Assembly (NCBI GenBank): GCA_965644265.1
Contig: OZ286459.1
Location: forward strand, 136,338,001-136,402,000
Reading direction: 5' to 3'
Length of the DNA stretch: 64,000 nucleotides
Origin: Glycera tridactyla
Lineage: Eukaryota
Shown here: positions 48,194 through 59,935 of the stretch, piece by piece
How the letters are laid out: every line of letters begins with the position of its first letter
Position numbering within the stretch: position 1 is the stretch's first letter
Program-made: the position numbers and the translations under genes
The notes under the pieces: model-generated
Databases searched by the model: none
What the model was told of the DNA's origin: nothing
What the model saw: the letters and a program-made list of their open reading frames with translations, nothing else

Positions 48194-48374
48194 GAAATAG
48201 GGTTTTTTTAAATGTACCTCAGGAAGGGAGTCTAATCCAGGTGGTGAAAAAAAGTTTGACCATCTACATTTCGAACATATTACTAAAAGTTTGGGCTATA
48301 GTCGAGGGTTGGGAGGAAATGTTGATGTGGGGAGAAGGGATACAGATGTAAATTATATCTGTCTCTGGTTTCAG

Positions 48375-51300
48375 TACAACCTCGAAGATGTGATTCCACG
48401 TTTGCGAACATTCCGTGCTGAGTTGCATATGATGGAAGAAGATGATGATATTGACTGGGATCCTTCTGCTGATTCATTCGATATCAATCAACCACAGAGG
48501 CCAGCATCTCTTGGTCGTGTACGCCAGATCTCAGCTGCTAATGTTGGTCCGCATGGTGATCAGAGTCTCAAGTCCCCGGTGACGCCGCAAGCTTTCGAAT
48601 CGATAAATATGTCAAGTGTCCCCACACCCGACAGCTTGCAGACCTCGCCGCTGCGACACATCGCATCACCTGTGAGACCTCATGCAAACATTACCAGCAT
48701 CTCGGTGGAGAGTGATATCAAAGACACTAGTGTTGAACACATTCCAATTGTCTCACCAACCAATCAGACTGTCCAATCTGTGATAACCGTTAAATCTGAC
48801 TTGACAATTCCGAGAGGAGAAGTATTACACGTATCTGCAATACTTAATCCCAAAACTGGCAAGAAACTTTCACTTGAACAAGCGGTCAAGACAGGCCTGT
48901 TGGATATGAAATCAGGCATGTTCAATGATCCACGGACTGGTAGGAATATTTCCCTGACTGAAGCTGTGAGATTAGGTTTCATCGATAAAGCTTTAGTGCA
49001 ACAGTTACAACATAAGTGTGGCATTCAGGATCCGGCAACAGGTCGTGAATTGTCATTACTGGAGGCTATGCAGAAGGGCTACTATGATCCAGCAACAGGT
49101 GATGTTTGTAGTCCGCGGACTGGTCGAAAAATGACAATAGATGAAGCCCGAGCTGCCAATATTATAAGTCCTGATGCTGCTGCCTCATTAGCTCACAGCA
49201 CCATAGCAACAACTTCAACAACACAGTCTCAGGGATACTATGGTGTCAGTAGTCTCCAAGGAACTCCACTCAAAATGTCTGTTGTTGATGTGGTTGATCA
49301 AGGCTTGTGGAATTCTCAAACCGGTACTATACTTGATCCAATCTCCCAGAAAGAGGTAAGCCTGAGTGATGCAATAGGGCAAAATCTCATCGACACAACT
49401 GCAAAAGATATCCTGCATCCTGTTACTGGTGAACACTTGAGTCTAGTGGATGCAATAGCTCAAGGAGTTATAGACCCTGAATCCGGTCTTTACATTGATC
49501 CACGGAGTGGTCGACATATGTCACTCGATGAGGCGTGTAAGCGACATCTCTTCCAGCGACCTATGTCCCTGCATGATGCACTAACTGATGGAATCTTGGA
49601 TTCTGATGGGAAAGTTGTCGACACACGTACTGGCAAGAAATTGAGTCTGTTCCAAGCAATTGAGAAAGGAGTGCTTGACACAGATGTTAAATGCATTCTT
49701 GATCCACGGAGTAATGAACTGCTGTCTCTCGCAGAGGCAATCAAAAGAGGATTGATCACCCCATCTGGCCAATTTGTTGATCAAGTATCTGGTCACCAGA
49801 TGTCTCTACAAGATGCAGTCAACCATGGCCATGCTCAGATTATACAGCAAGAGTTGCATTTCGCACCACGTGGAGTGATTGATTCAGAGTCAGGTGCCAA
49901 GCTCACGTTAGCAGATGCAATCAAAGCAGGTATAATAGAACCAGAGTCTGGCATGTATTTCGACAAAACTACCAAACAAAAGATGAGTCTTGAACAGGCT
50001 GCTGAAGAGGGCTATGTTGATCCTGAATTGGTCAGGCAATTGAACGGTGACTCAGGTTTACGAGATATTGTGGGGAGTAAGCTGTCTCTGATGGAAGCCT
50101 TAAAACGTGGCCTCATTGATGTGAACACAGGAGAAGTATGTGATCCCACGACAAGAAAGACAATGAATGTTGAGGATGCCATCAATGCTGGTATAATAAG
50201 TCGGGAGCTTGCAAAGGATCTTGTCCAACTGACCAGTCCTGTCACTTCTGAGACAACAGTCACTACCAAAGTTGAGAAGAAACCATTGAAAGGTGATGCC
50301 TTACCAGTAGCAGAAGCTGTGAGATCAGGATTGGTTGATGAACATACCAGAATGTTCACAGATCCCAATACCGGTATCCAGGTGAGCTTGGAAAGAGCTG
50401 TGTCTCAGGGTTTTGTCTCTTATACAGAAGATCATGTAGAAATGGAGAAATCTACCATACACAAAAAGCCAGATCATCTTGACCTTTTCGGGCAGAGACA
50501 TGTGACAAGCCCATCTGCAAAGGCTGTATCACCCACACGAAAATCACGTGATAGAAGCCCAGATGAAAGTGAAACGCCACAGAAAATGCTGCGACCAGAA
50601 GATCATTCCTCTGGTGCTATCGTGCAGAAATTTGATACAAGAGCAGTTGAAAAGATGAGTTTTGAAGAGTCAGATGCCTTTGAAAGAGATATTCAAGATG
50701 GCAAAGAGAAAGTTGCATGGTCAGAAAAGCAGCAGTATCTTGCTCGCAAAACTAAGGGAGGGTTAGAAGCATTGTCGATTCACACTTCAAAAGTATCATC
50801 TGTGAAACAAGTGTCAACGGTTTCACATAGTGGTGATATCGATTTGCCGATTGCTGTTGGTATAGCCATCAGACTTGGACTACTAGATACCACATCTGGA
50901 ATGTTTACAGATCCAACTTGTGATGAACAAGTGACACTTGGTGATGCAGTTACACAAGTGAAACTCAAAGGACATTCTGCCAAATTTATTCACCCTGATA
51001 CTAGCCGAACTTGTAGCTTAGAGGAAGCCCTCACTGAAGGTTACCTTGATAAAACCGGACATTACACCGACCCACGTACACGGGAGTGTCTCACTTTGGA
51101 TGAACTCATTCAAGAAGGTGTGGTTATTCTGGGTGATGGAATTTCTTCACCAGGTGCAATACCCGTAATTTCAGAAACTAAGAAGATGGTTGTGAAATAT
51201 GCCATTGACCCAGTATCTGGTAATATCGTAGATACAGATGAGGCTGTACGAAGAGGTATTTTAGATGTGGATAAAGGCTGTTTCTATAACCCTCAAACGA

Positions 51301-54300
51301 GAGAAACCATGTCAATGAAAGAGGCCATTGATCAGGGCTACCTTGTGGCTGAGACAGGAACAACTGGACATGACCCATCCGTTAAAGCTATCAAGGAAAC
51401 AAGAAGTTTCACTATCACAGCTGTTATCGATCCAGCCACTGGCCGGCCTATTGATGTTGGACAAGCAGTACAACGTGGCCTTATCGATCAGGCCAATGCA
51501 AAATACATCTACATGGATTCACAAGGCAATGTTATTCAAATGCCTATTTCTGAGGCTATTCAGAAGGGACTTGTCCTGGCTGAGGTCACTACAGGCACAA
51601 GGAAAATGTCACCACCAAGACAACCTAAATATCTACAAGAAACAAAGACATTCACCATCAAGGGTGTCATTGATCCAGTGACTGGAAAGAGTATGTCAGT
51701 CTCTGATGCTATCAAGGCTGGCGTATTGGATCAGACAAGCGGTGAATTCCTCAATAAGAAAACTGGTGAAGTTATGCCGATTCATGATGCCATCCAATTG
51801 GGCTTGGTAAAAGCTGATGTCAGAAGTCGTGCTGTGGAGACAGCAGAACCAGAAGAAAGCAATATAGTATCCAAGAGGCAGACTGTATGTACTCTCAAAG
51901 AGGTGATCCATCCAATTACAGGCCAGGCTTTGACCCCTGCTGAAGCCCTTTCCCAGGGACTCATTGATCAAGAGAAAGGAGAATATCGTAATCCAGCAAC
52001 TGGAGAAGTGATGCCACTTGGTGATGCCATTGACAAAGACTTGCTTACAGTCACAATGGGAGCACCTGAGGAACCCAAAGAGGAAGAAAGAGTGCCAAGT
52101 GTTCACATTGAAGACTCTGATGAGGAAGAAGACATGAATATTGAAGAAGAAGTGTCTGAGGCAACTACCAATCTTCATATAACTGGTGTTGTCAATTCAA
52201 AGACTGGTGAAGTGTTGACTTTGGATCAAGCTCATGCATCAGGAATTGTCAATGAATCTCGTGGCACTTACACTGACCCAGCCACTGGGGTGGAAATGAG
52301 CATTAATGAGGCCCTTGGTAAGGGATTGATTAGGGGAGAATATGAGCCTGTGACAGGGGAATCAGGTGTCTTCAAGAGCACAGTAGTTGTTAGTAAGAGC
52401 AGAGTTACTTCTGAAACAGTTGTTACTTCTGTAGTCAACCCTATTTCAGGCCTGACCATTCCAGTGACACAGGCCATCAAAATGGGCCTTCTTAGTTCAG
52501 ACAAGAAATCCTACTACGATCCATCAACAGACAAGCATATGCCAGTCTCTCAGGCAATCAAAGAAGGTCTTATCAATCCAACTAAAGCAGAATCTGCCAG
52601 AATGATGCCAAAGCTTGACCTGGAAACAATGGATGTACATATAGACGTGAAACCTCGTGCCATCATTGACTGGACAAATGGTGCAGTGAACCACTCAATA
52701 ACAGGTGAAAAGATGAAAATATCGGATGCACTGAAGGAAGGTCTTATTGATCAACTTACAGCAGATCTACTCAGTAAGAAAGCTGAGACTGTTCCATTCT
52801 ATGGTCTGAGCAACAAAGATCCACGTGAGATTATTGAACCTCACTGGGGTGAATTTGCTGAACCACAATGGGGTGAGCTTGGCCAGCAAGAGCAAATGGA
52901 AGTGGTTGGTGAATTGTCTGAGCAAACAGATACAGAAAAGGAGAGTGATACAATTACATTGACAATAAAGACGACAAAAGCAGTAATGCCACCCGTCAAG
53001 GCAGTTACAGTAGAAGAAGAGATGGATTCCAGTGTTATTGAAACTCGACAGCCACCAAAGGACAAACCTGCAAAAGTTCTGTCATATGAACAGGCTATTA
53101 AACTCAATCTCTTAAATCTTCAAACTGGTAAATTTCATGATCCTTTAACTGGCGATGTGCTCAGTTTATCTGATGCAGTGAAACAAGGTCTTATTGACCC
53201 TGATGAACCTGCTTTAACTGATATGAACAGTGGAACATCAGTCACACTGCAAGAAGCATTTGAGAATGGCCTGATCAATCCATACAGTGGACGTGTCGAT
53301 GTGATGAGGTGTAAAGTGTCTGGAATTGTATTGGATCCAAAATTTCACAAGACACGGGTAACACCTTCACCAGTCAACATTGAGGATGCCATAATGACAG
53401 GGATGTTGGATGCAGCAACAGGTCAAGTACTAGACCCATTAACAGGCAGGACAATGACACTGAAAGAAGCAATTGATATGGATTTGATTGATGGAAGTTC
53501 TTCCCTCATCTTGGATCCTGTCAGTGGACAGAAACTGACTATCAAAGAAGCATTTATAAAAGGCTTAATCAACCCATTAACTGGTGACATAATGAACAGT
53601 GAGAAAGGAACCCGACTTCTGAGTTTCCAAGATGCATGTGCTTCAGGGATTTTGGAGAGCACTTTTTCACCAGAATCGTCAGAGATCTTGGATCCAGCTT
53701 CAGGAAAACGTCTGTCACTCGAAGAAGCCATCACTGAAGGTAAAGTCGGAGAATCTGTAATGGAGGTCTTTGATCCAAACACTGGAGGTAAGATCCCATT
53801 GGAAGAGGCACAACGTCGAGGAATCATCGATAGGCAAACAGGCGAATATGTTGATCGGCGTGCTGGAAAGAGGATAACCGCAAAAGATGCAGCCAAGTAT
53901 GGTCTTCTTGCAGTCGTTGGTGCACCGGTACTTGGTGGATTGGCCATTGCATCAGGAGTCAAGAAACTGAGTAAGGTGATCAAAGAGAAGAAAGCCAAGA
54001 CAGAAATGGCATCCCGTGAGGAAGAACGAGTTTTTTTGCGAACTGAGCAAGATGTTCAGATGATTACTTCAGGACGCAAACCAGCATATCCTAGTATTGC
54101 TTCAGGCGAGGTGGATGCAGAGCAGATTCTAGATTCATCTCAGAAATTGCCAAGTACACCTGACCGGAGAGTACCACTGTTATCTGCTGGAAGGAGGACA
54201 CCATCACCAGAAAAGAGGACTGGTTCACCAGATGTGAAGTCACCTACCCCGGAGAAAAAGCCTGCAGGTCTTGGTACAATGTTTGATTCATATAGCCGTA

Positions 54301-57300
54301 CTGGAGAAGTAGTTTCTACAGATACCGTCACTGAGACTGAACCAACTCAGGTATCTCTTGACCAAGAAAGGATAAGATCCACTACAAAAGTAACTATGAC
54401 ATCAGAAACCAAGAAGGTCCGTCAGGTGGTTTCATCTACTGTACCAGTTCATGAACCCTCAGGAAAGCCACCTCCAGCAATCAAACCCAAATTGCCACTT
54501 TCACCTCTATCTACGGAGTACATCAAGAGAGATGAGATCACCCCAGGCCGTGAACAACCCAGACAAGAACCAGTTATTCCTTCCGGCAGAGGAAAGAGAT
54601 CAACAGAACCATCACCATCAGAAACTGTGTATCACCCAGCAGAACCAGAGGTCGAAATTGAAGACCAGACTACTGGTGTGTATGATTCAACGGAATGGCC
54701 TGAGTATGCTGATTCGCTGCCGAAAAGTATGGAGAAGCCCTCTCCTCTTGAATCAGGTACTACTGAATGGACAGTTAGAAGTGAAATATTTGATCCACCT
54801 TCAACTGGCGCTCAGCCCGGGTTGATAAAAGATGTGCATTATCCACATCAAACTTCAGATGTCACCATAAGTCAAGTGTACCCACCACCAGTTTCAGAGG
54901 AGCCCAGTGAACTCAGGTCAATGACTCTAAATGATGCAATAACACAGGGGCTATTCGTCGTTGGCAAAGGGAAGATCCATAATCCAATATCAGGAAAGCT
55001 AATGACACTTGCTGAAGCTATTGACACAGGTCTGATTGATGCTGAGAGATCAATTGTTTCTGATCCAGCTACGGGACAGCCAATGACTTTGGCTGAAGCT
55101 TTACGTAAACGAATTATGGATCCTGTGACCGGTGACATGAGAAATTCCTCCACAGGTAGCATCATGACACTGGCCGAGGTATCATTGGAAGGTCTCATTC
55201 CTGCAGAATCGATCCCACAGATTGTTACCCTAGCAGATGCCAAGCAGAAAGGCTTTGTAGATATGGACAGAGGATTATTCACACACCCACAGACTGGAGA
55301 AAACATGGAAATAACCGTAGCAATCAAAGAAGGTTATTTGGAAGCAACTGAATCAGATATCACAGAAATCATTCAGAAGAAAGTTGCCATGCGAAAATCA
55401 CCAGCAACAACCAAATCTGAAGTTGTTAGTCCAGTGACCAAAATGCCTCTCGATCATGCAATGGACAAAGGGCTGGTGGATGTTGAGAGAGGGACATTCC
55501 AGCATCCAGATACTGGGGAGATCATGACACTGGCAGAGGCTATCCGGAAAGGCCATATTACTGCACCAGAACATCCATATGACGATGAACCAGTAGTAAG
55601 TGTTACTTTTGAAGAAGCGATGAGGCATGGCCTCATTGATGTGAAAGCCAATACCTATCTTGAACCAGAAACTCAGATACTGATGCCTTTGGATGCGGCC
55701 ATTCGTAAAGGCTTTGTTGTGATCACTGAAAAAAGTATTTCAACACGAACTGAGTCTGCACATGTTGAGTCTATCACTGATCAATCAGCACATATTCTGA
55801 GTAAGAATATTATTGAATTCACAACTGTGAGAGAAACAGTCACCACTGGTGAAGATGAGGATGGCATGTCATTAACAGAAGCACTCAAAACTGAAATGTT
55901 GAACCCTCAGACTGGTACTTTCACAGATGCTATCACGGGTCAGACACTAACCTTCAAAAGGGCAGTTTGTGAAGGTTATATCAATCCAGCTAGTGGGTAT
56001 GTGATAGATATCGCCACCAAGCTGCAGTATGATCTCAGGAAAGCCGTAAATAATCATATTATTGATGATGTCGGGGAGCTTAGAGATCCAAACTCTGGCA
56101 GAGTTATGCCATTGGAACAAGGTATACTCCAAGGAATTGTGAAAGAAGTTGTTTCAAAACCTGTCACAAAGGTCATTATCAGGGAATCAACCAAGCTGGC
56201 AGTATCTGCTGTCTTCAATCCACAAACGAAAATGAATGTAGATCTTAACACAGCAGTTCATAGTGGAGTGATCAATCTTGATGATGGAATCTATATAAAC
56301 CCGATACTTCAGCAGACTATGCCAATTGCCAATGCTTATCATCAGGGAAAGATACAGGGCAAAGTCCTAGATTTTGTTCGAACGAGAGAAGTTGTGCGTG
56401 CCACAGGACAGTCAGCAAAGAACAGAATATCAGGGATTACAGCCGTCCTGGACCCAAGAACAAAGGAAAAGTTATCACTCAGTGAAGCTATGCAACAAGG
56501 ATTGCTTGATGAATTTGGCAATATCATTGATCCACACACAGGCAGTATCATTCCTTTTGAGAAGGCCCAGACACTTGGCCTTGTTTTCACGAAGGAGAGC
56601 ATGACAATTCAACAGACAGTTCATGGAATCACAGAAGAAGAGACAGAAGCATCACGAGTAAATATAGTCGGGGTGATTGATCCAAAGACGAAGGACGAGG
56701 TTCCAGTCCCTGAAGCAATTCAGATGGGATTGTTTGATGAGGATACAGGTGATTACATTGATCCGATGACTGGGCAACGTGTCCCACTTGTGAAGGCCAT
56801 AGCTGATGGTTTGGTCATAACAGCTGGCACCAAGAGGATCATCAAGGAAGAGAAAGTCTGCATTGATGCCGTATTAGATCGCCGTACTAACCAGTGGATC
56901 TCTCCTACCCAGGCTCTCAATCGAGGTATTCTCGATATCAACCACCAGACATATACAGATCCCATCACTGGAAAGAAGCTGACTTTAGAGCAAGCTCTGA
57001 GGCAGTCTTTGGTGAAACCCAAGCAGCTTGAGGAAATAGAGGAAACAGATAGACTCATCACTAAAGCATATCAGGAAAAACAGACATTTAGCATCAAATC
57101 TGTGATTGATCCAGTGACAAAAGAGGAACTTCACCCAAGTGAGGCAGTTGATCGGGGAATTCTTGATCTTCAGAAAGGACTCTTTGTGAATTACAAGACT
57201 GGAGAGACTCTGACACTGCATGAGGCATTTAGTGTCAAACTGATAAAGGCTGTTGAGATGGAAGATGAAGGTGTAAGTGATACTGCAACGGCAATTCATG

Positions 57301-59786
57301 AGACAAAGGCAATCACTATCACTGCCGCCATTGACACTCGCACTGGTGACCGCATCAGTGTTGAAGAGGCACTAAAATGTGGCATACTGAACAAAGACAT
57401 GACCTCGTATATAGACTTGCAGACCAAACATCAGTATAGTATCAAGGAAGCCATTGACAAAGGGTTGCTGATTGTCGAAACTGATAGTGTCGTACCATCC
57501 ACACCCTCGATCATCCATACAACCAGGTCATTCACCATCAAATCTGTCATTGACTCAAGAACAGGTGAGGAGATACCCATATCAGATGCAGTTCAAAATA
57601 GGATCCTTGACACCAGTAAAGGAGAATATGTTGATCCCAACACTGATGAGGTGATGCCAATCACAGAAGCTATTGAGAAAGGCTTGGTGATTGCAGCTGA
57701 GGATGCACCTGAGAAAACAGTGGTGGAAGTTGGACACACCCAATTCTTTGCACTGAAATCTGTCTTGGACCCCACTAGTGGCCGGCAGCTGAATATCATT
57801 GAAGCAGAGAGAAGAGGTCTTCTCAACAAGGCACAAGGTATCTTCACTCACCCTGTAACTGGGGAAAAGATGCCCATCCGCATGGCAATAGATCAAGGTT
57901 TGATTGTTGCTGAGCTGCTGGAAGAGCCTGGTTTGGGTGATGTCCCACTTGGTACGAATGTCTATGCTTCCATGGAAGCTACCCGAGCCTCTGAGGATAT
58001 TCATGTGAAGGGAGTGATTGATCCAGTCACAGGCGAATACATCTCTGTGATTGAAGCTGTGAAACACGGGATACTCAATCCAAACACTGGTGAATACACT
58101 GACACTCGCACACAACAAAAGATGTCTTTGCAGGAAGCGATTGATAAGAACCTTGTCCAGGCTGATATGAGCTCAAATGATAGCAGGATCCAAACTCAAA
58201 CTCCGAAACTTGTGAAAACATTCGAGGTATCAGGTGTTGTGGACCCAAGAACAGGACACATCATGAATGTTGCTGATGGAGTGCAGAGTGGCATTCTTGA
58301 TCTTCAGAATGGTACATACACCGACCCAGCTACTAGGCAACGAATCCCACTGGACAAAGCTGTTGAGAAAGGACTGATCATAGCGAACCAGACTGATGAA
58401 TCTTCAGCAATGACTGGTGCAACCACTCATGCTACTACAGAAACACACCGTACTTACGTCACTCATGATGCGACACAACCTGAAGGAACTCGACCACGGA
58501 CAACTCCGAGAGCACAACCTACAACCCAGGAAGGTACTGGCTTTTCCCCAGAATTCAAAGCACCACAGACGCTTGAAGGGGATCATGCCAGGGGCCTTCC
58601 TGGGCAGCATTTTTTAGGCGTTGGCCGCGCTAAAGACAAAGGAGGGGGGAAAACGGACCTTGAAGGCAGTGCGTCCAATAATTATTACTCTGGCCAGAAT
58701 GACATGGAAACCGACCTTCTTCAAAATGTTGATACAATCTCGGATATCAGCACATTGAGCGATGCCCCTGGACCTGATTCACTTGACACGACTGTTGCAC
58801 TGAATCCACCACATTTTGCAGATCATGAATCCTCCGATGAAAATGTAGATCAATCATCATCTATTGAGACCAGATTAGAATCTCACAAGAAATCATCAGG
58901 TGAGTCAGGACCGCTGACATTCCACGTAGCTGTGCAACAAGGACTACTTGATATAAAATCTGGCATGTATATTAATCCTGTCACAGGTGAACGTATGTCA
59001 GTTAAGGATGCCATCTTAGGTGGAGTCTTGCAGCCAGATACAGATATTGCCAGTCTCACTGTGGAGGACGGACTTGCTGGTGGTCTGATTGATCCCACAA
59101 GTGGGATGTTCATAGATCCAAAAACTGGCAAAAGTATGACAGTTGATGAAGCCATACTTTTGGGACTGTTGGATGTGCAACAACATAATGTTTCTTCAGA
59201 CCAATCCATGAAGAAGCATGGCCTGTCTTTTTCACAAGCACTCGAGAAAGGATTTTTAGACCCATCAGGAACCACATTCACTGATCCATTGACTGGTCGC
59301 AAATTGAGCTTAACATCAGCTTTTGCTGAAGGGCTGATACGACCCAAATTGCCTTGTGCTGGCGGTAAAGATGATCTTGTCAGTCAGACAAATGGTGGCC
59401 CTATTACAGAAGCTTCAGACAGCCAGATTCAAGAGGAACTCTCAAAACTTCAGGAAAAAATGGACATTCTGAAAGATTTTGATGAGAGCAATTTGAACAA
59501 GGATGCATCTAAGTATACAGGCTCGTCACTTCTTGGACAGCTGTCACCTGCAGATGATGTCACCACAAAGACACTCTCAAATGGAATAAGATCTGGAGAA
59601 GCTGAGCCTGATGTCTGCCCACAGGATGCCAAGAAGTTTGATGAGTCGCACATCATCCCAGACCATGATGTAGATGAGAAGATACTCGATGTCACTGACG
59701 CCCATCAACATGCATCCCAGAAAGATGAAGGCAACGTTGTGTTGGATGGTTCTGATCCATCAGCTGTAACATCCACCCAGAAAAGG
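48375..59786 (+). CDS. shot: Giant exon 1 (11,412 nt, 3,804 aa): plectin/plakin repeat region with S/T/P/E-rich spacers
   Basis: Stop-free frame from acceptor ggtttcag|TAC (48374/48375) to donor AGG|GTAAGT (59786/59787), phase 0-0. Dozens of DPxTGxxxxLxEAIxxGLID repeats. Confidence 0.95.
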
Positions 59787-59935
59787 GTAAGTTCACCGAA
59801 CCCTGGGGCACTGCCAGACTTTGTAGTAAAAATGTTAGTGTCTGTTTACTACCAGATTTGGCATACCTCGTAGTATTTGTATGATTATTGTCCATTTGTT
59901 GTGGAGTGGAGGTCTCTAATCAGTTTACTTTGCAG

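Noticed and set aside
48291-48374. TTG-initiated N-terminal part of the 3,860-aa ORF treated as a stand-alone gene
   Set aside because: This is intronic sequence upstream of the acceptor at 48374. The ORF is an internal exon in phase with the 46714-46935 exon.
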